64,000 nt of DNA. It comes from Takakia lepidozioides (Eukaryota; Plantae; Bryophyta). Positions 33,740-47,600 of the stretch are shown here, one piece after another (the first letter of the stretch is position 1; each line of letters opens with the position of its first letter). The translations under genes and the position numbers were made by a program. The notes under the pieces were generated by a model. The model saw nothing but the letters and a program-made list of their open reading frames with translations, was not told the DNA's origin and searched no databases. The DNA lies in contig CM060733.1 in NCBI GenBank assembly GCA_030704615.1, positions 57,970,001 through 58,034,000 of the forward strand, in the 5' to 3' direction.

Positions 33740-36700
33740 GTATGAGGGTATCAGTGTCAATATGAAAGGAGTAACCTTCCATGGAATGGTCTGTAGTGGA
33801 AACCACAAAGAGGATAGTAAGTGTGTTGGAGATGATAACTAGAGTCCAGTAATTGGAGGAGGGGCTTGAGGGTCCCGCCATGAGATTGTCAATCCAAAGG
33901 GGTGGGATGTTTTGGATAATGAAATTGTAACTGTGATTCGCTTTGATTTTTCCGACTATGGTAGTGGTTGTGTCTTCCAAATGTCTCTTAGTTTACTGAT
34001 CTTCTTAGAGTCCCAGCCTGCCCATTTTTTGGCCTCCTGCCTTTGGATTGGGGTGGTAATTAGGAATAGTGATTGTCTGAGGGTTTGGAAGTAAGATATG
34101 GGCTCCGCTTTTGCTAGAAATGGTCTCAGTTGTGACCAAGCTTGCTAGATGGCCGTCCATAAAGGGGTCCTGTTGTCTTGTGTTTAAACCCGTTGACTAT
34201 CCATCTGTAAGATGGCTGCCATGAGACAGATTTGAGGGGGGATGCCATGACTATGTTGTCTGCAACTAAGAATTTCCACTAGCCCCCCTCAGGGCCTAAG
34301 AATCGCGGGATCCATTTGCCCACAAGGGCTGTGATCTGTTTGTCCAAGTCAATGATGCCAAGACCCTTTTTTTTTTTGGGAGACATATCTGTTTCCACGA
34401 GACCTGCGGGCGTTTTTTTTCATTATGGTTGGCTGCCCCCCTTATGTAGTTCCTCAATAGTTTTTTTTGCTTCTTTGATGTTGGACGAGGCAGGTCGCCA
34501 GGATGCAGCGAAGAACCATAGACCTGATGACATGATCTGGTTGGTTGTCAAGGCCTTGCCTGTAATGGATAGGAAGTAAGAGCCCCAGTATGTCAACTTT
34601 GTCTTAAGCTTCACTATTGTGGGCTGAAAACGTTGCTGGTCTGTGAGATTAATGCCTTATGTGTACCCTAGGAGTGTGGTAGTTTCACCTGGCTTAAGCC
34701 ATCGCAATCCTTTGTCCAGTCCCCATGTTGGCTGGTTCCCAATCTGGGATTTCGAGGTGTCCCCCACTAGTAAGGCACATGTCTTACCCCAGTTGACTTT
34801 AAATCCAGATGCTTGGCAAAAAGTTTCCAGGGTTTGTGTTGTGTTGTCTAGGTTGATGGGGGAGGCTTGAAGCGCGAGAAATGTATCGTCCACGAACATG
34901 GCACTACAACAGATCGCAGTATTTATGACTGTATATATGACTATTCTGCAGTCATAAACGGTACATATAACTTCTATGACTATAAGTTGTGCAAACCAAG
35001 TGAATACAATGAGTACATGATGGTACGGTCCGGATGACTACAGTCAGATAAACCAAGTGATATCTCTCACTGCAGTCATATATACCATACTGCAGTCGCC
35101 GCTGCCGCGCCACGTGGCGAGGCGCAATTGATTTTATTTTTTTCAAAAACATTAAAAAAAAATCAAATGCCGCGTCGTACCACGTTGTGCCACGTGGCAT
35201 AATACATTTAATAATTTAAAAAAAAAACCACATGGCAGCCCATCTAAGGTGCCACATGCTATCCCTAGCTCGCCTACTAAGCCTAGGGCCATCTTATCCA
35301 TTTGATTGTACTTAGAGGAGTTTGAACCTCCAACCTCTTTACTATAAGAGTTATAGTTCACTACCTGCTAACCAATACACCCATTAGTCATTTATGTGAT
35401 CATATGGTGTTTTAATTGTATTATACACACCAAATTACAAAATCCCCAGTAGTCATCATGACTATGTAACCTCATCCATGTACATTGTAGTCATGGAAAT
35501 GATTATCAATGGTGAGCTAAATCTGGTCAATTGTCGTTGACCAGCCTTCCGCCTATTTCGGAGCCATGTAGTCATACAGACGACTACTTAGATAGTCGTT
35601 TATATGACTACAGTTGTATGAACGATTGCGGGAGGTCAATTTCATATAAAAACATGGTACAATCATGGTCAAAGTCAAGAAAACCATGACTACCACGGTT
35701 TGGCAGTCATAATTACCGCGATCTGTTGTAGTGTGGATTCTTTGATTTGTATGGGTTGTCTAGTGATGTGGTTGAATGTTTGTAGGCCGTGTATACTCTG
35801 ATTGGTTTGTAGCATGTGACCCAGTGTGTCAGCAGCTATGATGAAAATGAAAGGGGAGAGCGGACAGCCCTGGCGCACCGATCTGCGAAGGGAGAAAGCT
35901 TTGGAGAGGTGACCGTTGACTAGAACCCTACTTGAGGCACCAAACATGAGAGTCTTTACCCATTTGCATAATCCCTGGGGTATGCCTATCTTTTGCAGGG
36001 CTCCCATTAAAGAAAGGCCATTCAATCCTGTCAAAAGCTTTTTCGAAGTCTAGAAGCAGGAGCGTTATGGCCTGGCTAGTTTTCTTGGCATAGTGGGGTA
36101 TTTCCTGGGCAAGCAAAAGATTGTCTAGGATGTACCTTCCCTTAATGAATCCTGTCTGACATGGTCTAATAATAGTTGGCAAGAAAGGCTGGAGGCGTCT
36201 TGCTAAGGCTTTTGCTATTATTTTGTATGCCACAACAGGCCTGGGCCTGTAATTGGCAATACTAGTTCTGTCCCCCTTTTTGAAGAGGAGGATGATGATT
36301 CCTTGTGTCATATGTGGAGGCATTTTGCTGTTGCTGGAAGATCTGATTTGCCATTTCAGTGAAATATTTGGATATGTGTTTCCACAGGGACTTGTAGAAC
36401 TCTGACGACATCTCATCTAGGCCCGGAGACTTACCATTGTGGAGCTTTGAAAGCGCATCTTCAAGCTCTAGGTCGGTGAAGGGGCCTTCCAGAACATCCG
36501 CCATGCTTGGAGTGAGCAGGTTTGGGGTCTGCGAGAGGCAGTGCTGTTGGGTGGCAGTCAGGGTGAGAATTGCTGGTCACTATGAAATAGGGATTGAAAG
36601 TGAGAGAAGGCTAAGCTGGTCATGGCTTTTGGGGAGGAAGTGGTAATCCTAGAGGTGTGATCTTTAAGGCTGGTGATGTTTTGCGCAGCTCTTTTCTGTC

Positions 36701-39700
36701 TGGTTTTGTTGAAAAATTACTTGGTCATCTTTTCTCCCCGAGTTGCCCAATTAATTCCTGCCTGCAGTTTGAGTTTATCATCTCTAAGGTTTTTGTACAC
36801 TTCCATGTTAACTTTAGCTTCCATGTATGTATTGAAGGTGGCTTCATCGCAGTGAGGGCTTTCCATTCTAATTTGACAGACCCTAAGACATTTAGTTAGG
36901 GCTTTGATTTTGAGCTTCCTGGCTTCCGAGATGTCTCTGCTTAGAGATTGACTGGCTATCGCAGTGGCTTTAACTTGGCTTGAAATCTTATAATGGGATC
37001 TCTGATGTCGGTACCCTCTTGAGACCAGACTATTTGTAAACCTTCTTTGAAGGCCGGGATTCCCAGTAGGGATGCGTTCATCCTTCAGCCCATACTGCTT
37101 CGGAAGTGATGAGTGGTTGGATAGCTTGCGTAAATAGGATGGCCGTACCTCCTCTTGATCCCATGGAGGTTAGGGCCCAGTGAGCCAAGGCTTTTGGCCA
37201 GAGGTGGTCTGACAGGTTATCTATTTTTTGTTGGTCTTGTTTGTGCTCTTGAAGTAAAATTATCGTTTGCTGATTCAAAAGTGGTGCGAGCCAGGTTGAA
37301 AGCCGGACTCTTTTTAAGGAGCTGGGATCATATCCCAGACCCCTTACGTTCCAGGATTTGATATTAATCAACATGAGGGTGCCATAAGGGGCTGAGACCA
37401 GGGGTCTCCATTGATGGCCCGTTGACAAAGAATTTTACCCTTTTGTCGAAGGGAAGGAGAGATTTTGTCCATGTCAGATTCGGGGGAAGGGTTAAAGAGT
37501 GTTTACCGATTTGAGCCATGACTACCAATGGAGGGGTTTTCCATTGAGCTAGGTTGTGGTTGCAGGTGAAGGTGAATTGGGATTGGTCTGGGGTGAGTCT
37601 GGTTATGGAATGTATGGTAACCTTTTCTAGAGATAACATCTGAGCTATTCTGTGGTTCAATATTCTATCTATTTCCAGAACTGGATGCCACACATCGTTT
37701 TGTGGTTGGGTATAAAGGAGGAAAACCAAGGGGATAGATTGCCTTTTCGTCTTTGAACTAGGTCGCTTTTGGTCATTCCTGCAAAGCAACCAGCATCTTT
37801 TGCTGTCTCGAAGAATAGGCTGGAAAATGAAACATGGGGTGGGTTTTAATCGTACCTGGAGTGAATTGATGACTGGGGGGGGGGGGGGGGGGAGGGTGGT
37901 ACATTTGCTTCAGGGACTGCCGGGGGTAGAATTTCAGCTGCTGTCGGCTCTTCTTCCACCGTTGGAGGTTGTTCTTGAGTGATCACTTCCCTTGGCGCCG
38001 AGACACTTGATGATGAAGAAGTTGAATCCATCGGTGGAGGGCGTTCACCATTGATGTAGTCCGTGGTCCGCTGAAGTTCCATTCGGTGATTTTCCTCTTC
38101 CCTGTCTTGTTCCAGGCGTCTCTCCAAGAGCATGAAGGCATTCCTGAGGGAGTCCCTGGTTCTGATTTGCAGCCCACCAGTGCCCCAGGCTCGAGACATA
38201 ATAGCCTCATTGACCCAAAATTGCTCCTTTGGTGCGGGTGCTTGATAGATGTCTGCCTCTTCCATGAGGGCCAAGACTTGCGTTGATGGTTTGGAGGTTA
38301 AACACGGGTGATCTTCCCTGCATGCTCCCCATGTGATGTTGGTTGCGGCTGAGAGGTGGTAGTGTTGAAAGTGGTTGGTGAAAAAATCGTATGTTTTTCT
38401 TTTTACGATAAGGTCTGGGTTGCTGCCTTTTGGGCAGGTTTGCATGAAGGATCTGATGTCCGAGGATGTTACCCACATGGATTCCAGACATTCTGGGTTT
38501 CCGAAGGTCATTATGAAGGATGGAAGAACTCTGTTTTTGAAGATTAAAGGTGTCACACAGGAGGCCTTGGGCTCATTGTCGGAGATCAGTTTTGAGCAAC
38601 CTGCGAGAGCCAGCTTGGGGAAAGTTTGTAGTTGGAGACATATCCTTGCCAATACAGGGTTACTGGCAATCCCGGAGACAAAAAACTGGCCTGTTTCTCC
38701 TTGCACCAAATGTGGTTTGAGTACCCTGTTGTAGTTTCCAAGGGGAGAGTCCTTTTCCTTTGTAGGTTGCTGTTTAGTGTGTCCCTGCCTTGATCGAGGG
38801 ATTTCAGCTTCCAGCTGCATTGGGTTTGACCCCCTCTTGGCATGATTTGGTGGTGGATTCAGCTTAAATGGGTCCTCCATGTCTGTGTTAACCTGGATCC
38901 TAGTTTTGGCCCTTTGGATGGGTCTACCTGTACTCGGTGATAACTGTACCGGTGATTGGCCTTCTTCCTGTGGACGGGAAGGAGTCGAGTTCCCCTGCTT
39001 ATATGATCTTTTCCTTTTCCCTGTGGACAATTAGCTTTAATGTGGCCTTGCATGCCACAGTTAAAGTATGCTAATGAAGTAGTGTCTTCAACCAGTCTTG
39101 TAGTAAAATAGTTGCCTTCCTCGTCAATGGGGAGGCGCACAAAGTTCGGGAGAGTGTCCTCGTTAGGCATTAACAAGACCATCTTAGGGAAACCACAATC
39201 ATTGAGCCTTGAAGCAATGGTAGCTGACTTCCATGCTGGATTTTGCCTTTTAAGTTCTGTATCCATGTGTGGATCAAATACTCCAATGCATCCATCTGGC
39301 AAATTCATAAGATACTGATAAGGAATAAATGGAAGTGAAACTATCCGTGGCCCCCACAACTTATCATTCTTGTGTCCCATTTTTGAGGACCAAGGAAATA
39401 TGTTTACATTGAATCTGTGGACATGGGGGTTGAAGTTGAGGGCTTTGGCTGCAGTTTCTTGAGTTTCAAATTGAATAGAGAAGAAGCCCCTGCCCCTTGC
39501 ATGGCAGGATTGCTGCTTTAAGTCACCTGAACCCCCCATGTATCTGACTGCCCAGTCTCTCACAAAGGATCTACTAACATTTTTTCCGGGGAAGTGTACC
39601 AAAATTCCGAGATCTTCCATGCTTGAGGTCATTTTGCGAAGATCTGCCATGTCCATGGGGATGAGAGGGTAGTCTCCCTGGAGCGCCTCATGTGTGGATA

Positions 39701-40640
39701 GAGGGTCTGAAAGGTCATTTGTGATGTCTGGGTCCTGTGAATGTCCTTCTAGCAGCTCTGGGTTTGATACTGGGCTTCAATTCTGCAGGTAGACTCGCGT
39801 GTTTGCTGTCGCATTGGGAAGGGGGTTCGGATGCTGCCTCTGCTGACCTTCGTGACCTTCCCCGCTGTTGTCCGTCCAGGGTGTAAGTCGATCCCTGGGT
39901 TGCCAAATGGCTGTGCTTTCATGAACATTGCGACCCCTTGATTGTGCCTGGTGGGCTTGGAAGTATTCTGTACCCGAGGATGGAAGAGGGCGCTGCTGAT
40001 GTCGTGGTTGTATCCGTGGCTGACCTCTCCCTCTGCCAAAGCTGTGACCGCGAGAGTGGAAAAAGGAGTTGGGAGTCATTGTACCGGCTGAGGAAAGCAA
40101 GTGCTAGAGACACTCGGAGCTGGAATGGAGCAACGGAGCGAAACGGGTCTACAGTCTATCCGATCACTATGCTTTCAAGACTAAGCAAACCTTCACACTG
40201 AGAGTTTACCAGGGGTGCTGGGCGTTGGCTGTGGCAATGAGAAGGCAGTTGCGCGGGAGAGCTAAGCTTAGTTGTTGGGGGGGCCATGAATCGTAATGAG
40301 ATGACAGTGAACTTTGATCGAGATCATAAATGGTGACGGCCGTCAGCCAAAGGCCTGATCTTCCCAAGATGAAAATAGAATGAAAATAACCAGTTAGTAC
40401 TTACTCAGGATGAAGGAGTGATGAAGCTCCGAGGGGTTTTTGGGGTGAGTTTGGTCAGGGAATAAAGATTTGCTTGGGTTCAAAACCCGTTGCCTGTATG
40501 TCTGAAGCCCTTAAGCATCTGATGCCTTCTTCGAAAACTTGAAAATCCCTGTTTGGGCTTAGCCGTAGGTGGAGGAGAGAGACGAAAAGACCGTTGTGGT
40601 CGGCTCTCCTCTCACCGCAGATCGCGGAGCTCCCTGGCAC
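33740..40640 (-). mobile_element. L1-type LINE (copy B, diverged relative of copy A), decayed, 3' end lost
   Basis: ORF1 pieces 38859-39656 and 37846-39030. ORF2 from 37374 (SWNVRGLG), KSPGLD, LDFEKAFD, RQGCPLSP, FVDD, all fragmented. Confidence 0.85.
34902..35733. mobile_element. Non-autonomous CACTA (En/Spm) element, 832 bp
   Basis: TIRs CACTACAACAGATCGC...GCGATCTGTTGTAGTG, 3-bp TSD TGG, subterminal ATGACT/AGTCAT motifs. Removal restores IKES/MFVDD of the LINE B RT. Confidence 0.95.
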
Positions 40641-43600
40641 CCGATTTTTGTTATAATTTTCCTAATGACGTGAAATGGCGCTATCGTTTTTAAACACTCC
40701 GATCTGAAGTCTCAGGAATTGTTGAACGACATCTGGACCTTCACTGTCATTGCAACTGGTTGAGAACTGGCTTGAGAAATGCTTGTACCCTGTACTGTGT
40801 ACCAAAATATCTCACATTTCAGAATCTTATATGATATTGCTGTGAAGGAGGGAGACAATGTGTAAGTAGAGAGACTTGCAGGTCTTCTCTCGACGCGCTT
40901 GAAGAAAAATCGATCTTTCAGATCTACCCAATGTACAAAGTCTGCTCTGCTCTGCGCCTCCCAAATGTTGACTTTTTCGTGAGCTATCTCTGGAAACAAT
41001 TAGTCAAAGCTCAGACATTGCTTGCTCTTGAGAAAACACTAGGTGCGATGAGAGACCCAAAAAATTAGGGCTTAGGATGGAAGACCGCGCTGGACTTGGG
41101 AATTGAAGAGAGCACTAGGTGTTGCGAGGCTCTTCTTGCAATCATGGTTCCTCTCTCTTTGCATCCTTGACCGATGGTTTGTCTCTCCTCGTTCTCTCTC
41201 TCTCTCAAACATTGATCTTGCATGCAGGCCAGCTTAAATTAAGTGCATGAACTCATCGTCATAGAAGGACGAGTTGCACTGGATGGATTCTGTGTTGTTT
41301 CCTAACCTTGAACAACCCTAAATCGCATTGACTGTTCAACTGCCCTCTATTACCGACCCGATCAAAGGTGCTTAGCTCAGGTCGGAGGCCCTTAGTCTAT
41401 CTCTGTGTGCTGTCTCTGAAGACTGGAGTGCCAACATTTCTCGAGTAGGGACCGGCATAAGTTCTGTGATTGGCAGCCAAGATGAACACCAAGATTTTCA
41501 ACATAACGAGGTTGGAATGAACCCCTCAGCTTCTGAATGCCGTGCATTCTAGAGTCACCATTTGATCGTACAACAGTAGGTTGAAAATAAAGTTATTAAG
41601 TGGATGACATGTCTGCGTCTAAGTACTGGGAAAGCAAACTTCAGATTCATACTTCACTCCCTTAATGTGTCCTTTGCAACGCCAATGTTCTGCTTACAGA
41701 AGGTCCTAGTCCAGAGAGATGGTACTTGTATTCAGAAAGGAAGATGACCAAGCACTTGGTCTTCGATGTTGTGACTGCTGCCTTCTGGATACCCTGAGGA
41801 CGTATTGCAGTATGCTTGAATGTTCATGGATGCCTTTACCAGTCATTATGAAAGGAGACGACGATATGCAAATCACCTCAGTCCTGATAGGCATGTAAGT
41901 ACATGAGTGCTAGCAGGGTGGTGGCATGCGAGAAACTTCACCTTTCTGAAGACGAGTCATATATTTCGAACAGCACTTCAAGATACTGTTGCAAAAGTCA
42001 GTGAGTTTGTTTCGCAGAGAGACAATGGAGGAAATGAAGAGGCCATCAAAGTTCAAGTTTGTGTACTTTGCGGTAGTCTTCTACATTTTTTGCATCGCAA
42101 TCCTAAGCTCAGTTTCTGTCTATTGAGACTTTGCAGTTGGTCTTTTGAAACGCTCAAATGCCTTCCGCCTTCCCCGTGGCGGACTGTAGGCATTATTGCC
42201 ATGGTGCTACTTACACCAAGTAAGGATTTTCACTAACTCCTGCAACCCCTGTCATGCTTCCATCTTCGCAAATTTCCGACTTTGTTTTTCTGGAAATGGG
42301 ACTGAACTGAACGACTGAACGCCCAGAAACTTCATAAAACAAGGAAAAATAAGATTATACTTGAGTGTGAAATGCAGATGAGAGTGCCGCGAGAAGCTTC
42401 ACTCTCCTGCTGTCGGAACATTTGCGAAACACCCGCCAGGCCTTCCTTGCCTCAGACAAAACGTCTGAATGTACCTCCAAATCGAACCAGAATGGAAATT
42501 GAGCAGGAAAATGAGAGATCCGAGGGACTGAATGCCTCCCAGTTTACATAGCAAGCTTTGGCAAGCACTGTGGTGGCGAAGGAGCAGAATATAAGGCAAT
42601 GCTCAATGAACCAGATTGCAGTGCATGACAGAGAGCACAAGAAGGCTGAACGTAGGAAATAACGTCATCAATAGGCAGAAATCTATATGGGTCAATTTCC
42701 ACAAGAAGCCACATTTAGAGTTCAAGAGTACGGGGGTCTGAGAAGAGAATAGCCAAGCTTGACAGAACATCCAAAAAAAGGTGTGTGCTTTTTGGACATC
42801 CACAACCATTATCCCGGATCGAGCTGGAGATGACAGATCGGGCAGAAAGGAACCAACGAAAAATTTCCCTTGGTGGTGATGGATTTCAGTGGGCGGAGTG
42901 GGATCAATGGCTGTGACCAAGCAGAAGACTCTGATAGCAAACAAGTCTTCCTCAAGGAAAGTAGTCCTGAAGAGTGCAAAGAGAGGTCCTGAAGGATGAA
43001 CCTTGAATCCCCAGCCATGAAGGGAAGCAGAATCTCAAAATGTAGCATGGAATGCTGTAAGTAGCGGACCTCGAGAATGACCTAGCCAGACAAGAAGGGG
43101 TTGCAGGTTAAATGGGAGAGTAGACGCCCAATCCACGATGCAGGCAAATTGCTTGTGACCATGTCCCAACCAGCCCTAGCTCTTCGACTCGGCAAAGAGG
43201 GAGGTAGCAATTTCCAACGGGAGAAGAGCACATGTGAGTGTACATCAGGTAACCAGAGCAAGCCAAGCTCCTAGCTAGTTGTCAAATTGCATGTTCTAAA
43301 GTGCCTTGTAACCCCAGTTGACCACAGAACTCTTGGGGACATGGACCTCAGTAATCTAGGGTAGGGTGCCCTCTCCTGTCCAAATCAGTAAGACTTAATA
43401 TAAGCATGGCCTAGGTCAACCTCTCCAGAGTGTGCACACCAAAAAAGGCATTTATGAGATGCATTAACAGGGGCTTCCTGGAGGTCACACCTAATAATGA
43501 AACCAGTACTTTCTTGTGCTGTCTTCTGACATTGAGAGTGAAGTGATGAAAATTTAAAACAGAAGCAGGATGGAACAACCTGGGGGACAAGTGGTGTACG

Positions 43601-44113
43601 AAAGAGAACGCGTGTCTATGATCACAAGGCAACACATGTGTAAAGAATCTGGCATCAGATCACATAGAGATTGTCTTTCCAAGGTTGTACATATACAAAG
43701 ATCACCCCAGCACAGAACAACTCCCCTAGCACTCTTTCCATGCAGGAATGTAAGAACTATCTCTCTTCTTCAAGACAACTGTGAAATCCAATGACAGCCA
43801 CGTGTCACATCTGTTGCCAAATTAGGAGGAGCTAAGGCAGCAGTGTAGGCGTCCATTTTTGTTTCCACCCTGTACCCCAACAGTTAATTCCTGTAATCAG
43901 ATTGTTGTTCGTTGTGTGGGGCATATCACAATTTCAGATGTAGTTTCCATCTCGCGTTGGGTAGACCCCACAATTGGCTCTTGCAGCTGTTGATATGCAG
44001 CAGGAAATGCCCTAAAAATGCATATCACAGTCAATTATCCCGGGAATGGTGAGCAAACAATGCAGCAGCATTGTTTTAATGAATGAAGCAAGACACAGAC
44101 ACCTTACATCATT

Positions 44114-44545
44114 TCACCAGTACTCGCTACAAGGACGAACTCCATCAAAGAAAGTGCTTACCATCCAGTACATCGCCCAACAATCATTGAAATGAACTTT
44201 GTGGCATGTGGAAGTCATTATGCACCTGAAGGTTCTTCACGACCTGAAGAGGCATCCGTGGGGCCATGCAGATCAACCCAAAAGCAAGCTTCTCACTGTG
44301 GTGCCCAAGAGATCACTCTTTTTGCTTCTTCTGCAGCCATTGCCGAGCTCATGCAGCAGAGACATGGTCACTTCTTGAGACATATGAATTTCATCATCTT
44401 TCTTGTTTTTGTGGTTTAGTTCCATCTGCCAGCTGCGGCATGAATAGGCGATAGCAACACTACTTTTGCATATGCTCATATATGCATAGATAATTGATGG
44501 CCAACACTTGCCAACTCTTCAGGGGACTGGTGGGTGAACCAAGCA
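44114..44545 (-). pseudogene. Degenerate tandem duplicate of the PPR E/DYW 3' end
   Basis: Remnants of YAAAGRW, HSEKLA and a terminal EYW*. The downstream GTTTTA(A/G)TGAATGAAGCAAGA block is also duplicated (~44075 and ~44553). Confidence 0.75.
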
Positions 44546-44600
44546 GCTGCATAGTTTTAGTGAATGAAGCAAGAAACTCGCACCCAAGGAAGACATTATT

Positions 44601-47600
44601 TTACCAGTACTCTCCACAGGAACAAACCCCATCTTCGAAGTGGTGAAACCGGTTCGCATCCCGTACAACAATTGCTCGGCCAACAATCTTTGAAATGAAC
44701 TTCATGGCGGTGTGGCAGTCACCACACACCCGAAGATTCTTGATGAGACGAAGAGGTGTCCCTGGTGCTGTGCAGATTAGCCCAAAAGCAATGGCCAGCT
44801 TCTCACTGTGGTGGCAAAGAGAAGATTCCTTTTGCTCCTCCTCAACATCATGCAACACAAAGCGCGTGTCAGGTACGTACCCTGCCTCCTTAATCTGCCG
44901 AGACAATCTTCTCAGCTCAGCATGGATTTCTTCAATTTGTGGATGCAATTTGTCATCCACCACAAATGTGTGCACCCCATTACCGACCACAATGCAGCAG
45001 CGACCTGGTTGCTTTCTGACACCTCTGACTTTCATCATTTTTCTCACCTTTGCAGTATCCTCCCACCTGCCAGCTGCGGCATAGATATTTGATAGCAACA
45101 CATAAGTTGTAATGTCCTGTTGATCCCACTTGAGAATAGATTTTGCCGCACGTTCTGCTGCTTCCACATTGCCATGAACTCTGCAGGCGCCAAGCAAGGC
45201 TTTCCACACCACAGCATCCGGTTGGACTGGCATTTTGTTAATGAAGCCCTCAGCCTCATCCAATCGCCCTGCACGGCCAAGAAGGTCCACCATGCAGCCA
45301 AAGTGCTCCACTGTAGGGTTGAGGTCATGATCTTGGCACAAGGAATCAAAGTAGTGTCTTCCTTCCTCCACTAGGCCCCCATGGCTACATGTTTGGAGAA
45401 TACATATATAGGTGATGCTGTTGGGCTTCAAGCCTTCCTTTTTCATTCCTTCAAATAGCTGCAGGGCCTCCTTATGACAACCATGTTGGCCATATCCTGC
45501 AATCATTGCAGTCCATGACACGACATTTCGTTCAGCCATATTGTCAAACACTCCCTTTGCATCCGCAATGCTCCCGCATTTGGCATACATGTCCATGAGG
45601 GCATTGTTCAGAATGACATCTGGTAAAATTTTGGCTTTCATGATGTCAGCATGGACTTCTTTGCCCTTTTCCAGGGCTGCCAGGCTCGAACACGCATTGC
45701 AAACGCAAACAAATGTCACCTCGTCCGGCTTCACCTTTTCCAGCATCATCCGCTCATAGGTTTTCAAAGCCGCCATCCCGCACCCGTGCTGGGCATATCC
45801 TGCGATCATTGCACTCCATGACACCACATTTCGTTCAACCATATTGTCAAACAATCCCTTTGCATCCTTGAGGCTCCCGCATTTGGCATACATGTCCACG
45901 AGGGTTGTATTCAGAATGACATCTGGTGCAATTCCAGCTTTGAAGATGTCAGCATGGACCTCTTTGCCCTTTTCCAGGGCTCCCAAGCTCGCACACGCAT
46001 TACAAATGCAAACAAATGTGACACGATCCGGCTCTACTGCTTCCCGCAGCATTTGTTCATAGGTCTGCAAAGCCTCCATCCCACATCCGTGTTGGACATA
46101 TCCTGTGATCATTGCGTTCCATGATACTACATTTCGTTCAGCCATATTGACGAACAACTCCTTTGCATCCTTGAGGCTTCCGCATTTGGCATACATGTCC
46201 ACGAGGGTGTTGTTAAGAATGACACCTGGTACAGTTCCAGCTTCTATGATGTGAGCATGGACCTCTTTACCCTTTTCCAGGGCTGCCAGGCTTGCACACG
46301 CATTGCAAGCGCCGACAAATGTGACCTGGTCTGGCTTCACCCCTTCCAGCATCATCTGTTCATAGGTTTCCAACGCCTCCATCCCAAGGCCATGCTGGGC
46401 ATATCCTGCGATCATTGCACTCCATGACACCACATTTCGCTCGGCCATATTGTCAAATAATCCCTTTGCATCCTTGAGGCTCCCGCATTTGGCATACATG
46501 TCCACAAGGGCAGTGTTCAGAATGACATCTGGTACAATTCTGGCTTTCATGATGTCAGCATGGACCTCTTTGCCCTTTTCCAGGGCGGACAGACTTGCAC
46601 ATGCATTGCAAGCGCAAATGAACGTGACCCGGTTAGGCTTCACCCCTTCCTGCATCATTTGCTCATAGGTCTCCAAAGCCTCCACCCCACAACCATGCTG
46701 GGCATATCCTGCAATCATTGCGCTCCAGGACACCACATTTCGTTCAGCCATTTTGTCGAATAATCCCTTTGCATCCTCAAGACTCCCACATTTGGCATAC
46801 ATGTCCACCAGGGTTGTATTCAGAATGACATCTGGTACAATCCCAGCTTTCATGATGGCAGCATGCACCTCTTTGCCCTTTTCCAGGTTTGAAAGGCTTG
46901 CACACGCCTTGAGGACGCAAACAAATGTGATCTGGTTGGGTGTCACCCCTTCCCGCATCATTTGCTCATAGGTCTCCAAAGCCTGCACCCCGTACCCATG
47001 CTGGGCATATCCTGCAATCATCGCACTCCATGACACCACATTTTGTTCCGCCATACTGTCAAACACTCCCTTTGCATCGTCAAGGCTTCCACATTTGGCA
47101 TACATGTCCACGAGGGTAGTACTCAGAATCATATTTGGTACAATCCCAGCTTTAAGGATGTCAGCATGGACTTGTTTGCCCTTTTCCAGAGCTGCCAGAC
47201 TTGCACATGCATTGCAAACACAAATGAATGTAACCTGGTCTGGCTTCACACCTTCCTGTATCATTTGATCATAGATCTCCAAGGCATCTTTACCACACCC
47301 ATGCTTCGTAAATCCTGCGACCATCATATTCCATGTGATCAAACCTCGTTCAGGCATTCTCTCAAACACTTGGTGAGCATCTGTAATGCTCCCACATTTG
47401 ATGTACATGTTGACAAGGGTGTTGTATAGAAACAAATATGGCTTAAATCCACTTTGAAAAATGTGAGTGTGCACCTGCTTTCCCACTGCAAGGTCTTTCA
47501 TCTTGATGCAGTTCTGCAAGAGACAGACATAAGTATTTGAATCTGCTGAAATGCATCCTTCGCTCAGAATTCTCAGAGCCTCTTTCACTTGTCCTGCCTC

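Noticed and set aside
41700-43800. Possible old LINE remnants (also ~51430-52260)
   Set aside because: Only scattered weak motifs, with inconsistent order.
45541-47429. Repeated 72-aa plus-strand ORFs
   Set aside because: Antisense shadows of the PPR triplets.
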